Positions 28,030-37,843 of a stretch of 64,000 nt of DNA are shown here, one piece after another. Position 1 is the first letter of the stretch, and the number at the start of each line of letters is the position of its first letter. Origin of the DNA: Nanobdellota archaeon. GTDB lineage: Archaea > Nanobdellota > Nanobdellia > Pacearchaeales > GW2011-AR1. Where the stretch lies: contig JBBSXO010000001.1 in assembly GCA_038045705.1 (NCBI GenBank), positions 96,001 through 160,000 of the forward strand, read 5' to 3'. The notes under the pieces were generated by a model. It ran no database searches, was not told where the DNA came from, and saw only the letters and a program-made list of their open reading frames with translations. Made by a program: the position numbers and the translations under genes.

Positions 28030-29043
28030 TCAAAACAAGCTATCTCTAGAAAAGAAAATTCCAAGTAAAATTATAATTATTTGGAAAATCCATATAGCAT
28101 AAACTGCATTTTTTTCTGTAGACCTAATTCCTATTTTTTTCAAAACTAAAATAGAAAGATGATTCAAACTGTAAATTTTATTATGCTGATTTTCCAGTGT
28201 CCCATCTTTCATAGGTTTACCGAAAGAACTTTTTTTAAGTTTTCCACGAGATTTTAATATGACTTCAATAATATAAGGGATGTAAAAGAAAATAGCAATC
28301 TTCTCAAAATTGCCTACAATTGCAATAGCCGCAATCATAACACCAACAGAATATGTCATAACATCTCCAGGAAAGACTCTGGCAGGAAATTTATTGAATT
28401 TCAAAAATCCAATTAGCGCGAGAACCATACATAAACAAACTATTGAAAGCCATGCGCTTCCATTAATGTAAGAGACAAAAGCCATTCCCGATAGCAAAAT
28501 TATTCCCTGACCAGCTTCAAGACCATTGAACCCAGCAAGCATGTTAAAAGTAGTTGTAGTTGCAACAACCCCTAAAGGTATCAAAAACAAAGGATAAACT
28601 AAACCCCAATCAATGACTCCAAAAATTGGAAAATTCATTGAACTTTCTCCAGCTTTTATTGCAATAAGAGGTATCGCTCCAAAGATAGCCAGTAAAATTC
28701 TCACTCTCCCAGAGAGTCCTCCACGCCTCCACCCGAATAAATCATCTATGAAACCAATAAATCCCATAAAGATAACCATAACTAGAATTACAAATATTTC
28801 TAAAAGAAAACCATTCGAACTTTCAAGCAAAAAGACCCTATATGTAACATAACTAAGAACACTTAACAAAAATGCAAGCAAAACAATCAAACCACCAGAG
28901 CCAGAGACTTTCTCACTATCTATTTTATTCATATCCTTCCACACAAGGCCCACAAATCTTACCTTACGTATCCACCAAGGCATCAAAGCTAAAACTGTAA
29001 TCAAGCTTATTGCCAGAGGCAACAACAAAATATAAGATTTCAT
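28030..29043 (-). CDS. UDP-GlcNAc:dolichol-phosphate GlcNAc-1-P transferase (AglH/GPT, glycosyltransferase family 4)
   Basis: KDMNK, GFIDDL, FNMLAGFNGLE, PARVFPGD. Confidence 0.9.
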   Translation of the reverse strand: MKSYILLLPLAISLITVLALMPWWIRKVRFVGLVWKDMNKIDSEKVSGSGGLIVLLAFLLSVLSYVTYRVFLLESSNGFLLEIFVILVMVIFMGFIGFIDDLFGWRRGGLSGRVRILLAIFGAIPLIAIKAGESSMNFPIFGVIDWGLVYPLFLIPLGVVATTTTFNMLAGFNGLEAGQGIILLSGMAFVSYINGSAWLSIVCLCMVLALIGFLKFNKFPARVFPGDVMTYSVGVMIAAIAIVGNFEKIAIFFYIPYIIEVILKSRGKLKKSSFGKPMKDGTLENQHNKIYSLNHLSILVLKKIGIRSTEKNAVYAIWIFQIIIILLGIFFSRDSLF

Positions 29044-29081
29044 TCAAAGAACAGCTATTTATTATTTATAAGACTTATCAA

Positions 29082-30632
29082 TTATTCTTGTCCGCCTATA
29101 ACTATTTTGTAACCTTTATTGTAACCTTCTTTACCTAACCAATTTAAGCTAGGTCCGCAATCACCTAACATCTTACACAAATCTGCTTTCTCTTTTTGCC
29201 AATTCTCTTCAAGACATTCACAACCAGAAACGCATTTTTCCCCACCATCAAACAATCCTTTTTCAAATTTAACAACACAAACATTATTTCCTAAAGAACA
29301 TATGTTTGATGTTTCAGCATCACTCCAGAAGTTAAATCCTGGTTTATTTTGAGGGAAACAAGTTCCTACTCTATCTTGAGTCTGGTTTTGTAAAGCTTGC
29401 AATAATACATCTTTCCAAACACAGTCTCTAATATCTTCATTTTCACAAGATGACTTGTCAATTTGATTTACGCAATCCTGCCATCTGTTTACTTTACAGG
29501 CTGCTTGTGAAAAATCATTTATAGTATCAGAAATACATTCCTCCGCTCTGAAGTCCTCACATTGTTCTAAAACTTCTTCCCCATTTATGCAAACATGTTT
29601 ATAGAATCTGCTTCCTACAGTATTATCTGTATTTCCAAAGCCTCCTGCATCATTGTAAACACACCAACTTTCTCCATGTCTGTAATTTTTACCATCTTGA
29701 GTATTTTTACAATTTAAATCAGCACAGATATTATCTCCATAAGTTGGACTCTTTCCAGCATCATTTTCGCTTCGGCAAATGCTACCCTGTAAATAATCGC
29801 AATTTCCACATGAAGAACTCAAAGCATTTCCATTTTCAGGATTACATGAGTTATCTACAGTTATTACATTGCTCCAATATAATTGATCTTCTAGCTTAGA
29901 AGAGTCATAAATATTTGCAGGATTCCCACAAGTATCTACAAAATAAACTCCATCTTTTCCAGGAACACAAGTAGTCTTAGTACTTGGTCCGCATATAGTC
30001 CCTAGTTCTTCAGCAGAACATAATTTCCCTGCGTAGAATGTCCCACCAACAATAGAAGCATTACTAGTTTGAGTATTACATTCAGCCCTAGTTCCGAATT
30101 TGCAAGTATCTTCAAACTCGAATTCATACACACATGCACCAACTTCTTGCTGTTGAACTTTTTCTATACAAGCAAGTTCACTTCCAACACTAGTATCATA
30201 ATTTGTCTCTAAACCCAAATAAGAACTTAATCTTTTGCATCTAACAAGAGAAACATAAGCTGCTTGATCTCCAAGAATACAACATCCCAAAGAACACTGA
30301 GGTGGTTCTTCTTCACTCCATACACCACCATTAGCATTACAAACTAGTTGAGGCGTATTATCAAAGCAAGTTCCTTCAGTAGAATCATAGCAAGTTCCAG
30401 CCTTACAATAACTTGTAGATTCACAACTTGTAGGTACTTGTCTACTTCCAGGCTTACATTCAGAAGAAGGAACATTTTGACAAAAAGCTCCTGTATCTGT
30501 TTGCTCGCAACAAACAGTTGCAAGTTGATTTCCAACATTAGGATTATTAGGTGTTCCAGTCTGCTGTGCAATAACAAAACTAGCAAAGGCTAAAAGTATT
30601 ATTCCAAAAAGTAAAATTATCTTTTTATTCAT
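29082..30632 (-). CDS. Secreted Cys-rich protein; paralog of the N-terminal half of 31995-35654
   Basis: Signal MNKKII...VIAQQ; GTCYDS, GCCILG, GKDGVYFVDTCGNPANIYDSSKL, HGESWC, LGDCG. Confidence 0.8.
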   Translation of the reverse strand: MNKKIILLFGIILLAFASFVIAQQTGTPNNPNVGNQLATVCCEQTDTGAFCQNVPSSECKPGSRQVPTSCESTSYCKAGTCYDSTEGTCFDNTPQLVCNANGGVWSEEEPPQCSLGCCILGDQAAYVSLVRCKRLSSYLGLETNYDTSVGSELACIEKVQQQEVGACVYEFEFEDTCKFGTRAECNTQTSNASIVGGTFYAGKLCSAEELGTICGPSTKTTCVPGKDGVYFVDTCGNPANIYDSSKLEDQLYWSNVITVDNSCNPENGNALSSSCGNCDYLQGSICRSENDAGKSPTYGDNICADLNCKNTQDGKNYRHGESWCVYNDAGGFGNTDNTVGSRFYKHVCINGEEVLEQCEDFRAEECISDTINDFSQAACKVNRWQDCVNQIDKSSCENEDIRDCVWKDVLLQALQNQTQDRVGTCFPQNKPGFNFWSDAETSNICSLGNNVCVVKFEKGLFDGGEKCVSGCECLEENWQKEKADLCKMLGDCGPSLNWLGKEGYNKGYKIVIGGQE

Positions 30633-31387
30633 GCTAATCCTTGGGGCCAAACAAGACTCCTAGTTGCAAAATCAAATTTATCTTCGCTGGTGACATCACT
30701 TAGTTGATAAATTGTTGAACCATCATCACGCCTGGTCTTTTCAATTACAAGATTAGGATAATAAGAAATATATAAACTTGTCTCGCTATCTCCAAAAGTT
30801 GATTCATACTGTATGATATTAACTGCAGTATTTATCAAAGTGTACCAGTTAGAATCAATTGCAACAGAAAATTTTTGGAAAGTTTGAGTATCTTCTTTTA
30901 TTAAAGTAAGTGGAGCAACAAAATCCACATATATATTTTCAGGCACAATGCCTACACTAATGTTACTAGTACCACTTCTAACTTCATAACCCTTTCTTTC
31001 ATATTGGTCTTTCAAATCTTCAAAACATTGTTTTGCTCTAGGTTCAATATGTTTTTTTATTTCTTCTTGAACATGCCTCAATAAAAGAGGTTGTTGAACA
31101 GAACAAGGTGTATAAAATTGAGAAGTATAACACAAATATTGCAATTTCATATCATTATACATTGCATAATTATCCGGATTAGTATATCCGCCTTGAACAC
31201 TTAAAACATCTTTAATATTTGTAATTTCAGGTTCTATACAGCTCCTCAAATAAGAGCTAGGATTTACACTTGAAGAAAAAACATTTGCTTGAGGAAAAGC
31301 AAAGATAACAATTATTACAGCAACAACAATAATTGCAAGTATGACAAAAATAGTGACTTGTCCTTTTCTATCATCTCTTTTCATCAA
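30629..31387 (-). CDS. Pilin-like protein, class III signal peptide; paralog of 35645-36409
   Basis: RKG/QVTIFVILAIIVV; YLRSCIE; QGG; YLCY; FATR. Confidence 0.82.
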   Translation of the reverse strand: MMKRDDRKGQVTIFVILAIIVVAVIIVIFAFPQANVFSSSVNPSSYLRSCIEPEITNIKDVLSVQGGYTNPDNYAMYNDMKLQYLCYTSQFYTPCSVQQPLLLRHVQEEIKKHIEPRAKQCFEDLKDQYERKGYEVRSGTSNISVGIVPENIYVDFVAPLTLIKEDTQTFQKFSVAIDSNWYTLINTAVNIIQYESTFGDSETSLYISYYPNLVIEKTRRDDGSTIYQLSDVTSEDKFDFATRSLVWPQGLA

Positions 31388-31496
31388 TCTTTAAGAGATT
31401 TTTTGTTTATAAATATAGTGAAAGACTTTGAAATTTTATGAGTCTTTCACTAATAGAAAGGAATTCTCTTTTCTATAATTGCTTGAAATCCTTTTC

Positions 31497-31994
31497 TTAC
31501 AGTAATTCTTTTGAGTCAACTAGATAATGAACTGGAAATTGCATTTTTACATCTCCTCTTTTAATAACTACATATGCTTCATTTACTCTTGCACCATGAT
31601 TTTGGATAACTTCTGCAGTTTCTCTTATACTTCCTCCAGTAGTAAACACATCATCAACTATAGCAACTAAATCATCTTTTTTAGGTATATATCCTTCTAT
31701 CCATTTTCTTAAGCCATGCTTTTGAGGACTATCTCTGACTATAGCAAGAGGAATATTTTTTACAAGCGAAACAGTTGTTGCAAGAGAAATTCCCCCGTAT
31801 CCTTTTCCAACAACACAAGTGGAATTTTTATTTATTTTTTCAGCAATTGCTTCGCCAATTTTCTTCAAGAGCTTAGGGTCACCATAAGCTTTCTTAACAT
31901 CAAAATAAGCAGTACTCTCTTCTCTCCCTCTTAATCTAACATTTCCTCTAACAACAATATCTGCTTCTCTTAATAATTTGACTAATTCAGTCAT
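31497..31994 (-). CDS. pyrE: Orotate phosphoribosyltransferase-like (type I PRTase)
   Basis: YFDVKKAYGDP, KHGLRKWIEG, VAIVDDVFTTGGS. Confidence 0.85.
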   Translation of the reverse strand: MTELVKLLREADIVVRGNVRLRGREESTAYFDVKKAYGDPKLLKKIGEAIAEKINKNSTCVVGKGYGGISLATTVSLVKNIPLAIVRDSPQKHGLRKWIEGYIPKKDDLVAIVDDVFTTGGSIRETAEVIQNHGARVNEAYVVIKRGDVKMQFPVHYLVDSKELL

Positions 31995-34900
31995 TTAATA
32001 TCCACCACTAACTGTCAAACAAGATCCTACATTTCCAAATGTATCTCTACACTTTATCTTATAAGTTAATCCATTAGAATAAGGCATTGTATGAACTCTA
32101 CTTGCACCACTTAAAGCTGTGCCTGTTTCAAACTCAAATGAGCATGTAGAAGTTGAGTATTCACAAATAGAAGCCTCATTAGTTATCACATTCAAACTAT
32201 TTCCTGAATTGTATACTCTTGTTATCAAAGGTCCAGTATTATCAACTTCAATAATAAATTGAGCACTTCCTTCAACAATATTTCCAGCTCTATCTGTGCA
32301 CCTTAATCTTATGTCATAACTTCCAGCAAACAAAGTATCCCAAGTTTGTCTGTGGTTACTCAAACTTGTTGTAAAGAAATCAATATAACTATTTCCATCA
32401 AAAGAATATTTACAGGATGCCTCGCCAGACTCTATTCCTCCAGCAGTTACAACTTCCAAAGTAACGGAAACAGGTTCGGTTGCAGATAGTATTGTTCTAT
32501 CATCGGGAGTAACAGAACTTATTGTCAAAGGAGTAGTTGTCCTTCTAACTTCATAAGGAATACTTTGAGTATTTTTGTTTCTTCCTTCTATTAGAGTAAC
32601 TGAAGATTGTTGAATATTTACTCCGAGCCATGGCTTATCAGCACACCTGAAATAATAATTATTAGTATCTTGTGAAATAGGTAGTGTTGCACTGCACAAC
32701 CAACCACGAAGAGTTGATTGACTTATAGCATTATCACAATTAGCTTCATTTTCCATTAATTCATATTCCTGATCAGTTGTGCTGAATTTACAAGTAGCAG
32801 GCTCATCTGTATAAAATTGTAAATTATAAGAACTTGAATTCAAACCAGTAATTCCAGGGCTTTCAGGACTAAATCTTGATATCTTCGGAGGTTGCAAGTC
32901 GTCTTCAGGAGAAACACAAAATCTTATATCATAAGCATTATCATTTGAGTTCCCACTTTTATCATCACATAATACATATAAATTGTAATCTCCTCTTCTA
33001 CTAGGATTGATTCCAGGCACTTCAAGAGAGTCAAGAGTAGGCATAGCAGTGTTTTCATTATGTCTTGAAACATAAGCATTAGCACTACTGTCAAAATAAG
33101 TATCGTCCATTTCTTCATAGTTGCTAGGTCTGGTGGAAGATATTTTACATTGGCTTGGCTCGTTTGTCACAATTCCAAAAGTAACGACAGAATATTCTTG
33201 TAAACATCCATCTCCGCTTGAGCTTTTTATTTCAACACCATTTGTAAATTCTTCATAAGTAAATCCTTGAGCAAGAGAAGTCTGATTAAATGAGATATCT
33301 GGAGCAGTAGCATCATTTGGATTGATATTAACACAAGCTTCATTTTCAGTTTCAGGATTTATGAGTTCACATGTTTTTCCAAGACTAGCACATTTGTAAG
33401 CAGTGCATTCTACCCCTAGAGAATCACATTTAGCACAGTTATCTCCACCAGAAGGAGGTTGCCAAGGCAAACATTTAAATTCAACTTTCTTTTCCCTATA
33501 TTCGCCAACACCAGCAACCGAGAGTACTACTATAGCTACAACAATTATTATTGCCGCAATCCATCCGACAACAGGTGCAACCGCTAGAGTTGGAACAAGT
33601 TCAACTAATCCAATATAAAGAAGTCCAGCTGCAGCACCAATAACAACTGCAGTAGTTAGTTCATCTCCTTCTAACCCTAAAGCCAGCCCTATAATATAAC
33701 CTATTCCTGCACCAACTAATGCTCCATTTGCAGCTCCTGTCCATCCAGTAACATGGAACCATGAAGGAGCAAGAATAGCAGATCCACTAGATAATGTTGC
33801 CAGAGCTCCAGCAGCTCCCAAACCTAGTTGACTAATTTGTCTTGCAAGAGCATTAGGGTCTTCAAAATTAAAATCTGTTCCGAATAAAGCTTCAATTTGT
33901 TCTTCAGTAAAAGTAGAAACTCTTTGTCCAGGTTTTGGAGTAATATACTTTTTCAAACCTTCCACATAATCATCAGAGATTTTAGGGCTTCTATCTCCGC
34001 TTGTCGAATATCCCTTTCCAAGTTCTCCTGCCAAGTTTACATGACTTCCACAATCACCTAAGCTCATACATAGATTATTCATTGTTTCTGCAAATTTTGC
34101 CTCTTTACATTCACAGTTTATTTTGCAAGTCCACCTTCCTTCTATATTCTTTTTTTCATAATATGTGCAAGTCTGCGTTGCAGCTTTACATATAGACTCT
34201 GAATCTGGCTGAGGCTCATCAGCTAATTCAAGTCCGGGAGGATACTTAGGAACACAAACATCAAACTTCCATTTATCAATTTCAACATGTTTCAAATAAC
34301 AATCAGGGCTTTCCTCACATTTAGCAAGTTTATCAGCATTTTCATTATAGCTCGTACACAAACTTCCGGTATTTGTTCTACATTGAGCATTTGTAAAACT
34401 ATCAGTAACATCTTGTTCAACACAAACACCATTTCTATATTCTGCGCAAGGCTCAAGTCTTACTTCTCCTTCAGAACAAAATTTTTTATAATGTCTGCTT
34501 CCCGGAACATCAACTGCCCTTTCTTCATTACTGGCATTCTGACCATCAAGTCCAATCCATGAATCAAAAGCACACCAACTTTCCCCATGTTCTTTTCTCA
34601 CTCCATTGTCAATGCATGCCAAATCTTTACAGACATATTGTCCATAGATAGATGTTTCATCGAGTCCTGACTGTGGAGACCCGCAAGTATTTCCAGCAAG
34701 ATAATCGCAGTTTCCACATCTTTGTTGATTTGCCAAACTATCACTTCCAGAAGATAAAGAACAAATTCGTTCAATAGGCACTATCGAACTCCAATAAGCT
34801 AAATTATTTAGTTTGCTTGAGTCATAAATATTAGCTTTATTACCGCAACTATCTACAAAATAGATTCCATCTTTACCATCAAAACATTGAGTATTTTGAG

Positions 34901-35654
34901 TCATTTCACATTTAGTATTAAGATCAGGATTAGTGCATAATTGGCCAACGTAAAAATCTCCTCCATTAGTCAAACAACTAACTTCAGTTGTAAATTGACA
35001 ATTGTATTTATCAAGTTCAGGCAAAAATTCTAAAACACAAGCCCCTTCTCTTTGAGTTCTAACTCTAGATAGACATTGAATCTCACTTTGAATTTGTGGA
35101 TCCCACTCAGTAGGCGCTCCTGAACTCTGACGCAGATTAGTACATTCTTGACTTGTCGCAAATCTAGCTTGACTTGCTCCACCATTTCCATCTGGTCCAA
35201 TTAAACAACATCCTCTATTGCATTGAACCGGAGTTTGAGCAGACCAAACTCCCCCTTCATCCTCGCAAGAAGCTCTAGGAGTTCCAGCATTACATAGCCC
35301 AAGACTAGAATCATAACAAGTTCCTAATTGGCATGATGAAAATTCAGTTCTTCTTCCAGGAAAACAAGAGCTAGTGCATTGAGAGTCACATGTCTCGGAA
35401 GGGTACTCTTGACAATAAGAACCAGAATTGTCTACCAAACAAGTCTTAACAGAAGTTTGCGCAGAAACAAGACCATATGACAAATAGTTAAGAACTTTTT
35501 CTCTAATTAATAAAATAAATTTAGATTCTTTGCTTTCAACAGGTAAGTATTCAATTAAAGAATTAGTCTCACTCATAATATATGCAAAAGCAATTCCACT
35601 AAGCAAAATCAAAGTAATTTCAAATAATCCAATTACTTTTTTAGTTAAAACCAT
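31995..35654 (-). CDS. Giant secreted Cys-rich protein with central Gly/Ala-rich hydrophobic hairpin and C-terminal Ig-like repeats
   Basis: N-terminal TM/signal ending LVSAQ; Cys-rich domain; GAANGALVGAGIGYIIGLALG...GWIAAIIIVVAIVV; start moved to MVLTKK. Confidence 0.82.
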   Translation of the reverse strand: MVLTKKVIGLFEITLILLSGIAFAYIMSETNSLIEYLPVESKESKFILLIREKVLNYLSYGLVSAQTSVKTCLVDNSGSYCQEYPSETCDSQCTSSCFPGRRTEFSSCQLGTCYDSSLGLCNAGTPRASCEDEGGVWSAQTPVQCNRGCCLIGPDGNGGASQARFATSQECTNLRQSSGAPTEWDPQIQSEIQCLSRVRTQREGACVLEFLPELDKYNCQFTTEVSCLTNGGDFYVGQLCTNPDLNTKCEMTQNTQCFDGKDGIYFVDSCGNKANIYDSSKLNNLAYWSSIVPIERICSLSSGSDSLANQQRCGNCDYLAGNTCGSPQSGLDETSIYGQYVCKDLACIDNGVRKEHGESWCAFDSWIGLDGQNASNEERAVDVPGSRHYKKFCSEGEVRLEPCAEYRNGVCVEQDVTDSFTNAQCRTNTGSLCTSYNENADKLAKCEESPDCYLKHVEIDKWKFDVCVPKYPPGLELADEPQPDSESICKAATQTCTYYEKKNIEGRWTCKINCECKEAKFAETMNNLCMSLGDCGSHVNLAGELGKGYSTSGDRSPKISDDYVEGLKKYITPKPGQRVSTFTEEQIEALFGTDFNFEDPNALARQISQLGLGAAGALATLSSGSAILAPSWFHVTGWTGAANGALVGAGIGYIIGLALGLEGDELTTAVVIGAAAGLLYIGLVELVPTLAVAPVVGWIAAIIIVVAIVVLSVAGVGEYREKKVEFKCLPWQPPSGGDNCAKCDSLGVECTAYKCASLGKTCELINPETENEACVNINPNDATAPDISFNQTSLAQGFTYEEFTNGVEIKSSSGDGCLQEYSVVTFGIVTNEPSQCKISSTRPSNYEEMDDTYFDSSANAYVSRHNENTAMPTLDSLEVPGINPSRRGDYNLYVLCDDKSGNSNDNAYDIRFCVSPEDDLQPPKISRFSPESPGITGLNSSSYNLQFYTDEPATCKFSTTDQEYELMENEANCDNAISQSTLRGWLCSATLPISQDTNNYYFRCADKPWLGVNIQQSSVTLIEGRNKNTQSIPYEVRRTTTPLTISSVTPDDRTILSATEPVSVTLEVVTAGGIESGEASCKYSFDGNSYIDFFTTSLSNHRQTWDTLFAGSYDIRLRCTDRAGNIVEGSAQFIIEVDNTGPLITRVYNSGNSLNVITNEASICEYSTSTCSFEFETGTALSGASRVHTMPYSNGLTYKIKCRDTFGNVGSCLTVSGGY

Positions 35655-36409
35655 CCAGCAGGTAAAGCACACCCCCTTGTAGCCATCGTTAAACTCTCAC
35701 CTGTCTTTTTATTTTTGACAGTATAAATCTTTGTTGTATCTTCCATCATATAGACTCTTATGTCATACTCTGGGTAAAGTATCATAAATCCATCATTGCT
35801 AAAGTAACACCATTTAGCTTCTTGAGCAACTATTTCATTTACAACAAAACCAATACTTTGTATTTTAGTAAAAACAAAAGTATCAAATCTACTAAATTTA
35901 CGAGAATTATCTGATTTAGTTATAGTAATATCTCCCTCCAAAGAGATTTCAACGACTTCAGGTTTGAATTTAGCTTCGACTTTAACTTGCCCAGAGTCAG
36001 AGATTTCATAATTTCTCGCAGTTAATTCTTCTTTTAATGCAGAAAAACATTGTTGAGCATCATCTTGAATATTTTCATTAAATTCTTTTTCAATTTGAGT
36101 TACATAAAGTGGAAATTGATTAATACAAGGTTCAAAATTATTTATATTTTTACACAAATAAGGAATGTTTTTTGTTCTATATAAAACAGTATCTTCAGCA
36201 GAAACAAGACCACCATTAGAAAGCATTTCATCAATAAGCAATTCAGCCCGTTCATTAATGCAAGTTCTCAAATAACCTTCAGGATTATCAAAATCCTGCT
36301 CTCTTAATGAGACACTTCCCCTATTTATTAATATCACAACAAAAACAACTGCTACAATAATTATTGCAATAATTACAAAAACAGTAACTTGTCCTTTTTT
36401 TTCCATCAT
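35645..36409 (-). CDS. Pilin-like protein, class III signal peptide
   Basis: KKG/QVTVFVIIAIIIV; YLRTCIN; NGG; YLC; MATR. Confidence 0.82.
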   Translation of the reverse strand: MMEKKGQVTVFVIIAIIIVAVVFVVILINRGSVSLREQDFDNPEGYLRTCINERAELLIDEMLSNGGLVSAEDTVLYRTKNIPYLCKNINNFEPCINQFPLYVTQIEKEFNENIQDDAQQCFSALKEELTARNYEISDSGQVKVEAKFKPEVVEISLEGDITITKSDNSRKFSRFDTFVFTKIQSIGFVVNEIVAQEAKWCYFSNDGFMILYPEYDIRVYMMEDTTKIYTVKNKKTGESLTMATRGCALPAGWF

Positions 36410-36451
36410 CTCTTCTTTCAGAAAGAGTTTTGTTTATTTTTATACCCTCTG

Positions 36452-37180
36452 TTAATCGTCTTGTTCAACCCTAGGGGCTAGAACAAAAGAAAGCATAACT
36501 TTTCCAGATGGAAAATTAAGCCTCATAGGATGATTGTCTGAAAAGTTAATCTCTGCTCTATTTGCTATTTTTGCTCCTTTAACAAACTTACTCAAATATT
36601 CTAAAGAAAATCTTGCCGAACTAACATCAGAAAATATTTGTGCTTCATCGCTTGAAAATTCAGTTTTGGCAGAATGCAAATTACTAGATTCAATAATAAA
36701 CTTATCAGGAGCAGCTATAAATGTACAAGCATCAGCAACAACTGCGCAATCTTCAATTGCATCAACAAATGCTTGTGCATCTAGTTTTATCACGCTCTTA
36801 AACTCCCATGCAGGCATTTGTTTATCATCACCTTCAACATCAATTAATGCAAGTGAGAATTCTCTCTTTATTTTATCATTAATAATTATCTTTAGGGAAC
36901 TTTCTTCTTTTTCCATTATAAGTGAGCTACCCATTTTACACCTTCTCATTATAGAATTAAGATTCTCCAAATTCACACCAAGAATTTCATCTTTTTCAAC
37001 AACAAACTCAGAAAACAAATCACTAGGTATATTAAAATAAGCCATAGCAACATTAGCTGGATCTAGCGCAGTAAGACTCATTCCTTCTTTAGTTACTTTA
37101 ATTCTGACTTCAGTAACAAGTTCTGAAATGATACTAATAAGATGTGCCAAAATTCGTGGATCTTCTAGTTTTAACTTCAT
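36452..37180 (-). CDS. pcn: DNA polymerase sliding clamp PCNA
   Basis: ALDPANVAM, FSLEYL, FVLAPRVE. Confidence 0.97.
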   Translation of the reverse strand: MKLKLEDPRILAHLISIISELVTEVRIKVTKEGMSLTALDPANVAMAYFNIPSDLFSEFVVEKDEILGVNLENLNSIMRRCKMGSSLIMEKEESSLKIIINDKIKREFSLALIDVEGDDKQMPAWEFKSVIKLDAQAFVDAIEDCAVVADACTFIAAPDKFIIESSNLHSAKTEFSSDEAQIFSDVSSARFSLEYLSKFVKGAKIANRAEINFSDNHPMRLNFPSGKVMLSFVLAPRVEQDD

Positions 37181-37247
37181 ATTATCCAAAAAAATGTTTT
37201 ACTTTTAAGCATTATGGTGTTGATAGAACAAGTAGTTTATTCCATAA

Positions 37248-37754
37248 TTAAATAATATAGGTTCCTTGTCCTGCCCCGCCTTGTGTTCGACCATTTTCAG
37301 TCGCTATTACAATAAATGGATAATTCCCAACAATCGCAGTTGAAGAACTACTTAAAACATAATTTCCTCCAAGCATACTACAACCATCACAAAGTCTAAC
37401 AGGATTAGGGGGAACTGTAGTTCCATTTGTTAAATTCGAAGGAGCATTAATCTGAGAATTCCACCCAGAAGTAGGATTAAACATTAAAACATCTGAAATA
37501 AAGAACTGAACAGTCCCACAACCAACATTATTATTTCTTAGTCCTATATCATAATTCAAAGTTGCACCAGCAGACCCAAGTTGACTAGGTGGTGTAACTG
37601 TAACACTTGGGACATTCTGGACACATCCCGATGGGAGAGAAATTCCAGTAGATCGAGGTTTTACTGGAGGTGCTAAATTTGGCGGATCTATCATCAAAAA
37701 CACAAACATGCCAAGAATAACAGCAACAACAATCCCAATAATCAACCTACTCAT
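37248..37754 (-). CDS. Membrane-anchored Ig-like hypothetical protein
   Basis: N-terminal TM; PSVTVTP...GATLNY...NN..GC. Confidence 0.6.
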   Translation of the reverse strand: MSRLIIGIVVAVILGMFVFLMIDPPNLAPPVKPRSTGISLPSGCVQNVPSVTVTPPSQLGSAGATLNYDIGLRNNNVGCGTVQFFISDVLMFNPTSGWNSQINAPSNLTNGTTVPPNPVRLCDGCSMLGGNYVLSSSSTAIVGNYPFIVIATENGRTQGGAGQGTYII

Positions 37755-37843
37755 GATTAAAATAAATTCAAGAGATATATAAATATTTAGCCTTTATTCA
37801 AAAATAACACAATTCATATAAATCTCGCAAATACCAAAATAGG

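Noticed and set aside
36534-37040. Long antisense ORFs here and at 14994-15404, 59429-59905, 61624-62037 and similar
   Set aside because: They lie opposite well-supported genes and have no motifs; expected codon-bias shadows
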